This document shows positions 51,331 through 64,000 of a stretch of 64,000 bases of DNA, piece by piece. The stretch's first letter is position 1; every line of letters starts with the position of its first letter. The notes beneath the pieces are model-generated. The model made no database searches. It worked only from the letters and a program-made list of their open reading frames with translations, and was not told where the DNA came from. The position numbers and the translations under genes were made by a program. Source of the stretch: Phoronis australis (lineage: Eukaryota; Animalia; Phoronida); the NCBI GenBank assembly GCA_002633005.1, contig NMRA01000012.1, forward strand, positions 886,564 to 950,563. The letters are read 5' to 3'.

Positions 51331-52043
51331 NNNNNNNNNNNNNNNNNNNNNNNNNNNNNNNNNNNNNNNNNNNNNNNNNNNNNNNNNNNNNNNNNNNNNN
51401 NNNNNNNNNNNNNNNNNNNNNNNNNNNNNNNNNNNNNNNNNNNNNNNNNNNNNNNNNNNNNNNNNNNNNNNNNNNNNNNNNNNNNNNNNNNNNNNNNNNN
51501 NNNNNNNNNNNNNNNNNNNNNNNNNNNNNNNNNNNNNNNNNNNNNNNNNNNNNNNNNNNNNNNNNNNNNNNNNNNNNNNNNNNNNNNNNNNNNNNNNNNN
51601 NNNNNNNNNNNNNNNNNNNNNNNNNNNNNNNNNNNNNNNNNNNNNNNNNNNNNNNNNNNNNNNNNNNNNNNNNNNNNNNNNNNNNNNNNNNNNNNNNNNN
51701 NNNNNNNNNNNNNNNNNNNNNNNNNNNNNNNNNNNNNNNNNNNNNNNNNNNNNNNNNNNNNNNNGGCTGCCGCAAGCAAAATAAAACAGCAACAGCGTGA
51801 GGATTGAGGAAATATTGAGTTCAGCAAGTAGGACCGGTAGCGGAGAAAGGTTGCCTCAGACCCCAGAACGCGGCAGGATTGCGTTTTCGTTTTTTTTTTC
51901 TTTTTTTAGTTCACCGATAGTCTTCCGAACAAAATGTTCACATTCCCGGCCCCCGCAACTTTCGGGCCGCCTGCCCACATACAATCGCGCTTTGCCCATT
52001 ACCCTGAGGCTGGCCCCCCTTATGGTATCATAGATCCGCCACT

Positions 52044-52217
52044 GCGAATACAAGAACGCTTCGCTGCACATCAGATTCCGTGACGATATCAGCCAAGATG
52101 GATAGCACTTCCTGTCGCTCACGTTCAAACATCGTCTCGTATGATGTGCAGCGACTGTTAAACTCTGTCCTCATAGTGGATCAGTCAAACTTTGGTGATC
52201 AGCGTGATGAACTATGA
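52044..52217. pseudogene. rearranged remnant of the SDR/epimerase gene
   Basis: 52142-52217 (+) encodes DVQRLLNSVL..DQSNFGDQRDEL*. 52044-52140 matches SDR sequence on the minus strand. Confidence 0.85.
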
Positions 52218-53631
52218 CTAAACACTATGAATCACTATCTACCAGCATACACTGCATGCCCTAACCAAAAAGTGTTTAACTGGGGGCCGAGCAACGTGAA
52301 GTTGTTGCCGCTTGGGCTGAAAGGAGTGGCAACGTGAGACACTTTGCAATAGGAGGGGTGGAGTAAATTGAAATGAACAAGGGTGGCCAGGGTCCCGTTG
52401 TGCCCCACTCGTCGCTACATCATTCCCTTTATAGCATCCAATCATCTTGACTAGCCGAGACAGAAAAGGACGCGTAGGGAAATAAAATTTTACACAAAAA
52501 TGACATTATTTTGTTTAGGACCGAAAAAACGTGTTCTTTTGATTATTGTGTAGGATATACTTCTTGAAGTTATTGAGTCTGACCAGAGCTATAAAGCAGC
52601 AAAATACGTCATTTTTCTGATTTTACTTGAAATCGCCGTTCTCGACGTTGGCTTGCAGTCATTCTTTAAAATTACTGAAATCGAGACCAGAGATTTTATC
52701 AATTAAACACACATCAAGTACACAGCTACTTTCCACATTGACTTTAGCTCTAGTGGACGGTTCAAATCAGTCTTGCCTAAGAGTCCACCTACTCTGTTAA
52801 AAATCTTATTCCCTCTTACCTCTCAAGCTCAGGAGGCCTACTTTCCTGAGAACTAGATAGTTGAGAAAATATCTCTTGGGGGTGACTCGCTAAGTCTTGA
52901 GCACGTATGTAACAATCTCTTCAAAAACTTGAAAAAGAGCGAGGCGCATTGCTTTTGGTCCGTCCAAAGATTTTGATAAATTTCTAAAACACATTTGCCA
53001 ACGTTGCGGAAATGATGGAGGGAAATTGGAATTGTGGATGAAAAGGTTGAACACACGCACCTAGGAGAGGCTGTGTAGCCTTGGTGCTTCGGCTGGGATT
53101 ACTGGTGTTCCAGCAAATATGAAGTAAAAAGACAAAATAAGGCGTGGGCGCGGGACTGGCTATTTTGCTTTAAGTTCTCGTTATTTTACTTCTACATCCC
53201 TCTGAAGACGCGACGTGCATGTAAAGACAGCTACAATGAGCCACAGATCAATCATTTTTCTGTCTTTTCTTGGTTCAAATGAAACTGATTTTCAGTCCCT
53301 TCTGACAGTGCTATGAAGACTGGTATTTCCCAGGTAATATCAGGACTGGGTTCCGGCTGTTAATGGAAGACAGTCGAGATAAAATGAAAAATTACCAATC
53401 ACTTCTTTGGCGACCAGTTTGGTAGTATACTTGCGAAACTCCTGCCATTCATTAGCGCCGAATCACGGTTCTCTGGTAAAACAAATGCTGTATTTTGCAT
53501 GTTTAGATCGCGACCAAAATGGCCATCACTGTAGAGGTTGTATGTGATTGGACAGCTTTGCCAAGACCTTTATTGCTAGTAAGGTAGACACAGGTGATTG
53601 AACGCACCCGCCATTTGAAGTAGCCGTGTAG

Positions 53632-53875
53632 TTAGAGCTTAGAATGTTCGTGTTGTAACAATTTTTCGTACACTTGCTTTTTAATTGTTCCCATTGTATC
53701 GCGGTCAAAGTACTGGTGAACAAATGCTTTGCTGATGATGTCCACTGTCGTGTCCATTAGCTTTGTTATATCACAGTGTGCCTGGACGATGCCATCTTTG
53801 TATGCCTTTTCTGCTGTGTACCGCCTTCCAAGAATAACAGCTTCGGTCATAGCCGCCCCAGGTGGTATTTTTAAT
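53632..53875 (-). CDS. peroxisomal enoyl-CoA delta-isomerase/hydratase (crotonase fold), exon 4 (terminal)
   Basis: TGTAG|(R)LKIPPGAAMTEAVILGRRYTAEKAYKDGIV...HEHSKL*; the C-terminal SKL is a PTS1. Confidence 0.92.
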
Positions 53876-54976
53876 CTACAAAAAATAACTCTGCTGACAA
53901 ACCCGCGTTGGCGTCAAAGAAACGAATTTTTGATTTAGACCACTGGTTGCAATAAAACTGATCTGAAGTGGTTATGTACTTACTGGGAAGAAGGAATTGA
54001 TGGTCTTTGAAAGAACTCAAGACAATTCGTTATTGTTTGAGATCATAATGCTGGTCGGCCAGTAAAACCAGCCGCGTGAAAAACTGACTTGTTGAGCCTG
54101 GCCTTGTCTCACTCCACTCGCGTAATAAATACCTGACAGTTATTTCCAAGCCCAGACACCACCTCTAATTTGAAAAAGGAACAACTCGAGAACAGTTTCA
54201 TAACTCGAAGTGGTCGAAATGAAATGTTAGTTTCTTTTCCAATGGCGGATTTACAGCGCCTGTTTATTTACAGCTGCAAAATTCCGGGTGAGTTAAATTC
54301 CTGAAAGTACAAAATTAAGGAGACCTTTATTGTTTAACAAAGGCTAATTTCCTCAGAAATGAATTTTTCACTAGAAAAATGGTGTAAATGTCCGTTATTA
54401 AGTTTTGAAAATAATTGTTTCTGACTAGAAATTACAATATTCAGTGAATCATTATTTAATATAAGCACCGAAAAAATCGTTTCACAGACGCGTATCTACG
54501 TGTGGGCGCAAGAAAGTAAACGTTAAAGCAAATTAAGGCGACAAGAGCGTAAGTTGCTTTCTGTTTGTTTCTATATACCAAATATCAGTGATAGCGTGTT
54601 CCGTCGGATACCCCAAGAAATTGGCAAGGTGCTGGTGTGTACATGTCGAACATTTCTAGGCTAAGTTACATGTACACTCGGCTTAAATTTAGAACTTATT
54701 GCAACTAGTGTTCCGGTATGCCGCCACAAAATAACCACAATGCCCTACTCGGCATATCGGACAAAAAACAGTAGGCCTACAGTGATAATTACACGTGTTT
54801 TTCTGACCATTTTTGTAGTCTATATTCAAGGGATACCAAACACTTCGTCGCTGGAGAATTTCTTACCAAGTTACCACATATATACGGATGCAAAATAGTT
54901 CAGTCAACGATTTTACTGATGGTTACGACGGAAGTTGTTAGGAAAACTCTCCCGAAGTCAATATCACCTAGCATAC

Positions 54977-55112
54977 CTAAGGAATTCCATCAAGAAGGCA
55001 TTGAAAGGAAGTCGCACGTGCACCTCGTTAAAGCAGAGCCAGCCTCTCGTGTTACTCATGACGCAGTAGTCATGAGCCAAAGCTAGGAATGCGCCAGCCG
55101 CGAATGCGTGAC
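54977..55112 (-). CDS. enoyl-CoA isomerase exon 3
   Basis: TTTCTAG|(G)HAFAAGAFLALAHDYCVMSNTRGWLCFNEVHVRLPFNAFLMEFL-AG|GTATG. Confidence 0.92.
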
Positions 55113-56897
55113 CTAGAAATAACCAAGGGAAAGCACGGTGGACGAACACTCGTAAAAATATGTTAACCTGATAGCGAAGAATCTACTATTTGGGATTGCT
55201 AACGTGAGAGTTATTTACTTTGAATAATGCAAGGATGTTTAGAAAAAGTCGTCAGATTTTGATACACATACGAAATATGAACTTTCGTACCAATACAACT
55301 TTCAAATTCTCCGCCCCTAGTATATATGCGCGCATGCGCTCAAAGAATTACCCAGTAAACATTTCTCAAATGCATAGTCGTCATTATTTTGTTTACATCA
55401 ATGGTCAAAGGTCAATTTTTCCAAAAGGAAAATGGGCTACATCTATGTGCTGCCATATCAAATAAGGAGACATGCTTTGCCTTGTGGAGGAAAATCGACG
55501 AAGTGACGAGCAGTAGACAGGAAAAACGCTTTGACGTCAACAGCAATTCAAAATCTTCACGAACAAACTGTAAAAATACCTGGTGAAGAATCAGACTTCT
55601 GTTTCGGATGCAGAGAACCACGTTGAATAATGCAATTTAGTGTCTTTGCGCTCTACGCCATTCTAAACAGGTTTGACAATCTTCCACATTCGAGGCCCAC
55701 ACGGGACACATTACAGCGTACTTTTCTCATTAACTCAGCTCTTTTCTTACGAGCTGTAGTTTTTTTAAGCAATCATAAATAAGTTCTTATCTCATTTGCC
55801 AATTTTCATTTCGAGAGTGCCGTACAGAAGGCACGAGCACGGGCAGCATGTGCTTGAGAACATCAGGTTGGTGAGAAAAGAATTGTAATCGTAAGGACAT
55901 GAGGGAATAAGATTTTTTATTAATGAGAAAATAACGATATTAATGAGAAACCCGGGATGAGAACCCCCTTACGCTCCTAAGGTAAGAAGAATCTGTTCTG
56001 GTAAACGCATGCAATTGGGGATGGACAGAACGGACAGAAACTCAAACCACGTGACAGGTCATTTGCTACCATTTCGCACATCACTTGCGCGTACATGTTT
56101 GGTTACGGCACACGGCTTTAATTTCCTGACGTTGTGTTTACAATCTTCACCTACTGACTGGGTTTAGGCACTACATATAACGCGATAGTTCAGGAGCCTT
56201 ATTTTGAAGAGTCTATTGGCCAAAAATTTTGTCTTTTTAGTGGCTCTGGCTTTTACTGTGCTTCCGAGCCCTCTACGTATTTTTGTCTTTGGCCTTAGAG
56301 TTGTGGACATACTATCTGACTTTCAGCCTTGGCCTGATTTCGTGAAACCTGCTAAGCCATCCGTAGATTGATTTTTAGCCAAAAGTCAAGACTCTTCATG
56401 AAACATTCCCCCCAGGTGGCGCTGGTTCGATATTGGGAATTAGGGTATTGACTGAGCCGATGGCAAACGTTTCCACTGTAGCAATCAGATTGCCGTTGTA
56501 TTATAATAGTGTTTTGTATTATAGTGATGATGAAGGTGTGAATTGTCTAAACGACACTATAGATATAGTTCCCCGACTGATGAACAATTTTAGTAAAAAT
56601 GTCAATCTGCGAAAACCGCCAGCCACGGTCCACAAATAACATTTGTTATTTTTTTAAAATTGATGACTTTGATGATTGAAAACTACAGACACGAGATAGC
56701 AACCCAGTTGAGCTCCGTAGACGCAAGAAACTCGAGGCAAGATCAGGCTAGATATCGTCATGCATTGCCAGTGAAGCACGTGATCGCCCTAGCTCTACTC
56801 GTGAAATTCTTCTGTGCGTCTACGGAACGCTGGCCCGGTCTAACCAACTATCACCGTTGAATTTCCGTTTGAAGACAGCGATGCGTAGAAATCATAC

Positions 56898-57076
56898 CGT
56901 TAACGGCGGCTATTGTAGGAAATGGCAGCACCATAATCCGCAATAACGTTCTATGCAGCTCGCCAAAGAACCTGTTTCTGTCTCCACTTGACAATGAATT
57001 AATGAATTCAAGATCAATGCCGTTACTGAAAAATTTGCCAGTCGCTGTCGTGATCATTCCCTTTATGTTGTTCATC
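56898..57076 (-). CDS. enoyl-CoA isomerase exon 2
   Basis: TTTTCCAG|(R)MNNIKGMITTATGKFFSNGIDL...LPFPTIAAVN-G|GTATG; contains the crotonase motifs FSNGxDL and PTIAAVNG. Confidence 0.92.
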
Positions 57077-58934
57077 CTGGAAAATAAATTCCGTTAAGTC
57101 ACGCACTCACGCCTATGTGTAGATTTAAAGCCACAAAACACTAAGGGATATGCTCTAGCTAGCGTTGGTACGAAACCAGCATGTTCTTAAATTTTACTGG
57201 TTAATTAGATGTTACATGAAGTTGCAGCTCAAAAAGAAACGCCAAGTGGTTTTTAGCTTTTTTATTCAGATTTGCAACATCTAAAAGGACGTTTTGGGGG
57301 CGTGAGAATATAATAATCAGTTATTACGATGTTTCCGAATGGACATTCTAGTCAAGGTAAGTTTTTTTGCTTCCTCACTGTGAAAATAACAAATCATGCA
57401 CCATTTCGTCATTTTCATTTCAGTTGGGAGGAAATGTCTTTTTGAATTTTACTAAATCTTGCAGAAGCACCGATATTTGAGATTTGTGTGCGTGTGTGTG
57501 AGTGTGAGTGCATCTAAGTTACTGTTTTTTTTATTTTAGAAAATATAACATCAAAACGTTAACTTTTCCCTAAAACAACAAAAGGTAAAGGAAGATCGAC
57601 ATAAGAGGAACGCAGTTTTCACCATCTGGTTGTACCACGAGATAGGCTTCACCGCTGCCAACCACATAAGCCTTGCAGAAGCACAAATACAGTCATCGAT
57701 TTATATTTGGGAATGATGGCATTGTAAAATTTGCACAGGAAACATTCATTAGTCCTGCTTTGACTAAATTTGCCAACTGTGACAATAGATCTATAGTTAT
57801 CACTGTAGCTATGAGCTAATCGACAGAAACTTGTAACCACTAATTTTAGCTATATCCGAAAAAGCGATATAACCTAACATTCAAACAAAAACCCTTGGCC
57901 TTAGAGTTGGGAAAGAATATTGGACAGTATAGGCCAAAACTCTAGTCTGGGATCAGTTTCTTTGCAAAGAAGGCTCAGTCGCAATCTACAGCGCTCTGCC
58001 GACGGAGCAAAACCCCCACTCAATAAATGGCATAATATTTTTAATGTATTTAACTTGTAACACCACTCTGATTTCTGGCATTGATTACAGCAAAAAGTAG
58101 GCAACGGAGAGAACTGGCGATTTGTAGTTACATCATAAAAACACATGGATTTTCGTGTTTTCATGGCTCAAGTCAAAGCTAATAGCTTCCATCGCACAAT
58201 TGTTTTCCAGATCTAATCTCAAAAATGTGTTTTTCGGTTGTAAAACCGACAGTCTTCCTTTAATGTTCCCAGAATATGCATTGAACATTTCGTCTAAAAG
58301 GCCATGGCCTTAAATTCGCTTGTGCACCTATTCCCACTCTATTCGCATAAAAGAACTGATTAAAGGAACAGCTTGTCCGTTGACTGCTAATGCATTGACG
58401 ACGCAGCACTGAAAACAGTGTGGGGGGGCGGCTATAGCCCCCAGCCCCCTATGGTGCGCAGCCCATGTAATGCGCAAATAAGCGTATGCTTGGCATATCT
58501 GGAGTGACAGAGCAACAAAGGCACGATGCAAACTGGCCGAGCAGTACGCGATGACGAGTTATTAAGCGAGGCAGATGTCAAGCACGGTGTTTCTTTTCAA
58601 TTCTAATTTTCCCAAAAGCTGTCGCACTGGCACGGCATTGGCGGTACTAGTGTGCCTTGGCTACTCCGAGTGAGCCTTGGTGCCTTTTATCGTGTGTTTC
58701 GAACGTTCTCCATTAAAAGATGTGCGCGTAAGACAATGATAGAATAATGTAATGGAAATGTCCTAAGTAACCTGATTCGCCGTGGCCTTTAGTTTTAATA
58801 GACTATAGTCTACTGCACATGCTAAGCAAGAAATTTTTCCACTGGCCCCCGGACTCCCGGCGGCGATCCCCTACACTGTCGTGCAGACTTTTTCACTCTC
58901 TTACCTTCGTTAGGTAATACACTCTGTTCCTTAC

Positions 58935-59056
58935 CTCAAAACCAGATCCAGGGCTTCGTTCAGTCTGGACAAGAATTCAAATGTAAACTTATTTTGCTCC
59001 ACGCTTGGGCCCAGATTTACAACGGCGAAATTAGATGCGGTGGTCGTGACTTCCAT
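58935..59056 (-). CDS. enoyl-CoA isomerase exon 1
   Basis: ATG...MEVTTTASNFAVVNLGPSVEQNKFTFEFLSRLNEALDLVL-AG|GTAAGG, in phase with exon 2. The four exons sum to 681 nt (226 aa). Confidence 0.85.
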
Positions 59057-62040
59057 CTTATTCTAACCGGCTCTCCTGGAAATTAAGAATTTCTCTTTAG
59101 GTTCAAAGTCCCGATCTGTAGGCCCGTGATAAACCTTATGTAGCATGTGAAACTCATGTGTAACTGAATCTGCAGTAAGACTAGTAGTGACTAACCGTGA
59201 CCCACGGTATCTTATAAAAGGTCACCCGAGTTATCATTCACATACTCATACCTCATCTTAGTACCGTTTAGATTACTTTTGATTGGCCAAAACGACTGCA
59301 AACTAAATATAACCCACTATTTGTATTAGTCTCCTGCACAGACCCTCGAGGTTGGTTGGCATTCGCAAGCAATCCGTGACGTCACTTGTGAGGCCCGGGA
59401 ACCAGGTTATGTTTGTATTTGTGTATGTTAATGCACTATGCTTGACGCTGGTGGTAGCACTGATGCTCGAGTTATTGACATCAGTTTTGACTGGGCTCAG
59501 TGCCCCGCATTCTGTTACAATTGCAAAAGGTGCCATTCAAGACAAAAAAACAGACGAGATTGCAACTCAGTTTTATTTAGCGCCCGTTGGCCGAAGTTAA
59601 GCAATCACAATGCGTCGATGAAAAATTCTAAGCGTTAATGGCACGTGGTCCTCAAATTTCCCGTTGGTGCACGCGAAGCCTATATGTGGAGAAAACACGA
59701 ACAGAACCATTTTTCGAAAAATAAAACGACGAATTTCTTATCGATGGCCCCCATGGAAAGCAGTGAAAACTGATGGGATTGCCCTTATTGTAAATATCAC
59801 AATAAATCAAAATTAAATTAAGTACATTTTTTGACATAGCCGATAACTATTATCAGACCGTCAGTGCCAATTTTCGAATTTTATCTTTGAGCCATGGTAC
59901 AGTACTATTTTGAGATTCATTACTTGATGATACTGAAATGAGATTTCTTTTTTAAAAAAAATATTCTATCCGCCATTATAAAGAACATCACTTCGGCCTA
60001 CTTTTTTCGAAAACCAACGCTTCAGTAAACGGTTACAGCAATCACCAAAACAAGGCGCGTTCTAGATGCGTTTTGACCACTTAGTCGAAATGTAAAACCT
60101 TTCCGCCCTGAAGTGACGTTAAAATTTCCCAGGTGATGGAAGTTTTATCGGTCAAAAGACAGAAAAGAACTGAGAGCTGAAATGGGAAGCGTGACGGTCT
60201 CCAAAAAGCCGTGTCAACGGTAAATCGACCACAAAGCAGCATACCGTTGAAGAAGCGTACTTTTAGTTTAGTAGATCACAGCCATAAAATTGGTCTCAAT
60301 TTCCTTGTTCAGATGAAAAGTGATTTCTGGGTCTGCACATACAGACAATTCGTTCGCCGACGTTCGGCGCATAACTTGACACGTGACAAGGCGGAGTTTG
60401 ATCTCATCCAATTGAAATCATCTCGGATTTAAAAGCTAAAACCCTGTTTTGAGGATTTCCACCAGTCTTCATTATTTCACCTGCTAATGCATCATTGGCG
60501 TCAATCTTCCTAGTCAAAGGCAGGAATCAACTAAAAACTCATACTCCATATGTCACAGATTGGACATTATGTTCCTTAGTGGGTCGTCTTTTCCCACAGT
60601 TGCCGTGTAATTCGCTTAAAGCGTAGGTCACGCTTGCCCGTTTATGAGACTTTGAAAAGAGTTTTCAAATTTTCCTCCAAACTTATTTTGAAGGTTGTCG
60701 AGAGTTACAGAGCATTACTTTGTTTCAGACAACTCGATGGGAAAGTGGTTCTTAGTATCTGTTAATAGGCCAAAACTGGGTTTGGTGTCCATTTAACTAA
60801 GGAACAGATTGTGATCAATTTATTAACTGTAAGTGATCTAAATCACCGTTTGTTATAGCTTGAGGAGTCAGCGAAGTAATTCCCATGACTAAATGAAGTC
60901 TTCTGAGCAGTGTATGGAACTATTTACAGGCCACTTAGTCTTACAATTAAATCAAAAGAAAATTTCCTCATACCCACAATACAACCTCAACGACCAACAG
61001 TTCGCAATACAAGGCACTGTTTTCTGCATTGTCCACGAAAACACTGCTTGGAATTTCTTTGAAAATGTTCCACTTTAGCACGAGGGGCTACTAAAGAAAG
61101 ATATTTATGATTCTGTCCGCTGGAAATTTGACATACTTTCTCCGTTTTCATTGGTTAGTTTCAGTCTGCTTTTGATGATGGACATCTCACAATACATTGT
61201 AACATGATGAATTGGTCTACTTGTGAAAAGGTCAATGACTGAACAACAGGACCTGTGACTAACGACATTGTCCCATCACATTGCATGAAATTTGAAAGCC
61301 AGCTCGATAAGTGACATGGAACTGGACAATTTTAAGTCCACTCTAAAGTGAAGTTTGGCGTCCACTGGCCCACACATCACCCTAAACTACCGACCACGTA
61401 ACATCTGTCTTGAAAAATGGTCCGTGAAGCAACTGCAATGTTGACTTATCACAGATTATTTTTGCAAGTTGTGGCGGTGAAGTTTCACTACCAGTTTCCA
61501 AGTTCATAGCCATACCCTTACTCCAATGGGTTAAGAAGAACAAGTCCAACAGAGAAGACCTCTACATAAACCTGTGTACAAACGATCTCATCCATCTTGT
61601 CTATGCTACGCTATGAAATGATTCTCATAAATTTTTTTGAAATCGCAAAAAAATCCATCAACAAGAAAAAAACCTAGCTCCACTGTGTTTTAGGTAACCC
61701 TTAGAGTGCATCTCGTGATGTTAGACAACATGCTGTGATGAGTGCTCAAAAAGGAAGCTATTCGACTTTCAGTGATGATCTCCCCTGGGATGACTAATTT
61801 AATGTAATGTGAACTCACACAAGTTGAACACCTACGAGTGAGATCTCAAAACTTAACACAAAGCTCCGCAGTAAAATTGTTCTAATTCAAGCATGTGGCC
61901 AATCACATGTCGGATTTTGCCTCACTCAAATATAATTGCGGATTCAGTTCAGTCAATCCTGCATGAGTTTCACCGTATCTATGAGCACTTGTGAATGCCT
62001 TGCTGACGTATGATGACAAGATTCACAGAGTCATCTATTA

Positions 62041-62168
62041 TCACGACTTTCTTGCCAGTTGCTCCCTAGCTTTCTTCAAAATGTTTCTTTTCCAATCTTC
62101 ATAATCATCAACCTGGGTTTTTTCTTCATCTTTAACTTTTAATAATTTCACTGGTATGCTATTTGTGT
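62041..62168 (-). CDS. ORC6: terminal exon, probably origin recognition complex subunit 6
   Basis: ATTTCAG|AC then TNSIPVKLLKVKDEEKTQVDDYEDWKRNILKKAREQLARKS*. DYEDWKRNIL matches the conserved metazoan ORC6 C-terminal helix (human DYEEWKRKIL). Upstream exons were not found in the window. Confidence 0.7.
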
Positions 62169-64000
62169 CTGAAATAATGACAAAAAATGTTAGAACAAAA
62201 CCACTGACAGAAACGAAAGAGTCAGTAAGACGTCGTTTACAGTGAATCTTTATAGCAAAACAATTTTGTAAAACAGGGTACAGTCAAAGATACTATAGTT
62301 TTCAAAAACACATCAAAAAATAAACGATACTTCCACAAAACTGATATTGTGTTGTATCACTGAGCTTACAAAAGGATCTGAAAACCTTCGTTATTCAATT
62401 GAAAGGAGTTGAAACACTTTTAACAGCAAGATTTGTCTTACAACTGACTGAGTATCAGTAAATTACGGTAAATTATTATTAATATCATTTTTGCAAAAAC
62501 CCTTCAAAAATATCAACGATATTTCTTCAAAATTGATTCATCTGAAAAATAGTTGAATTTTATTCAAGTTAATTACAAGTTACATCCTAGTCTAAGACCT
62601 GGGCCCGGTCTCCAATCTCCGTACTCAGACTCATACTCATACTCGAGATTTCATACTCAAAATCGTGCTCACTGGAGTCGTACTCAAAAAAGCGTATCTA
62701 ATGTCGGATTTCGAGTAGACTCCAAACGTACTCAAATCTGACACTCATACTCGAGTTGTTATGGAACTCTTTATGATATGAAATGCAAAATCACGCAAAG
62801 CCGCGCTNTGAGTGACTACGCACATTACACTGTGAGTGACATCTTGTGGTTAACTTTATCTTTGCTACAGTCACAATTATCTAACATTGTGCAATCTATA
62901 AACTCATGAAGATGTCAGATTCAACGTCATGACCACAAAAACCTTGAGACAGACTTTCCAATTTTCCAGATTGTCTAGACAAACTGAGGCACTTGTTATA
63001 ACATATTTGTCATAATGGTTACCATCTAAGCGGTCCTGTAATGTACTGAGGTATGGCTGTGGATTCATACTGTTTTCAGGAAGATTGGTATCTGAAAACA
63101 TAAATCCACCATTATAACTCAAGTATTAAACATACATGTATGATTCACTGATCACTCACATTCTGCAAAGAAAAGTTTGTAATCAAATCATAGCTCTGTT
63201 CACTACCCAAGGAGAACTACACGGTCTCACAATAGAGGTCTGAGTTTGTATCATGTGCTGGCTGGCATATAACGACAAATAACCATATCGGAAATGCATC
63301 TTTCCCCTTTTGTGGTAGGGACTCCAACACACTTCAGAGTCGGACATTAAGTGATTGAACGATTGCTCACAACTCGCTTTCAAATTTTAGATGTCTGCAT
63401 TGTAGCTCACTATACGACAGCAAAACTTTGTTGGCATCAAAACGACGAATGGCAAACTAATCTTTAAGTGGAACTTGCAGGCTATTCTCTGTGGTTTCTT
63501 GGCCAAATTAGTTAGAAACACAGCATATAGCGACGATGTGAATATGAAGTAGGCTGAAAATTGCCAAATGTTTTCAAGATTACGAGTTTTGTCTCAAAAA
63601 TAATCTGCCGCAAATCAATAAACCGTGTCCAGTAAGTATTGCGATGCGGTGGTGGGGAATGACATTGCATGATGCGGGGTACGTGAGCCCGCCAGGTACA
63701 TCAATTATGCAAATGGTCACCTATTTACAGAATTTTTTGTTTAGCGTAGATTATGTTAAAACAGTATTGTTGTTTTGTTCCATTAGCATAGTTAGGAGCA
63801 TGCAAATACATCTTTAATGCAAATAATGATTGGCATGGCAGTAGTGGACAACTGTGGGGCAAAAAAGTACCAAGGAGAGGTATAGCATATGGTGGGTAAA
63901 CACTGCAGAGCCACCATAGAGGACGATGTGGTATTGCTGGAAGTGGCTATTTATAATCATTACCTGAATTTAGTCTTTACTTGACCACATGAACGACAAT

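Larger units (their letters stand above)
52142..57403 (+). repeat. diverged segmental duplication of about 15673-24367
   Basis: Colinear homology through the SDR 3' end, the intergenic region and ECI exons 2-4 with their introns. Differs by many substitutions, indels and copy-specific TE insertions. Confidence 0.92.

Noticed and set aside
50966-51827. Long ORFs spanning N runs (also 76-498 and 33142-33834)
   Set aside because: Their length is an artefact of translating gaps.
60100-61600. Possible plus-strand gene divergent from ECI
   Set aside because: No consistent exon chain or recognisable protein motif.
62900-63400. Possible upstream ORC6 exons
   Set aside because: The translations show no resemblance to ORC6 and I found no convincing in-phase splice pairs.

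Overview
Animal (probably marine invertebrate) nuclear scaffold with spliceosomal GT-AG introns, N gaps and several near-identical tandem blocks joined by a single 'n' (most likely uncollapsed haplotypes or contig overlaps). Reconstructed genes: (1) an extended-SDR/NAD-dependent epimerase with an intronless CDS, signal peptide and C-terminal HDEL (14594-15742 +); (2) a 4-exon membrane-anchored JmjC/cupin oxygenase (37209-46407 +); (3) an intact 4-exon peroxisomal enoyl-CoA isomerase/hydratase ending in SKL (59056-53632 -), plus a pseudogene paralogue (24066-17382 -); (4) the probable last exon of ORC6 (62168-62041 -). A diverged segmental duplication (about 15.7-24.4 kb vs 52.1-57.4 kb) shows complementary gene retention. 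Most remaining sequence is transposon-derived: two families of Kolobok-like DNA elements with THAP and KolX-like remnants, hAT-type MITEs, a hAT transposase relic, a LINE 3' end and tRNA-derived heads. The most unusual object is a 370-bp palindrome at 29027-29396, with a tRNA-derived Pol III cassette between two inverted 132-bp arms, each carrying a Penelope-type minimal hammerhead ribozyme motif. All calls come from reading the sequence by eye; no searches were run.
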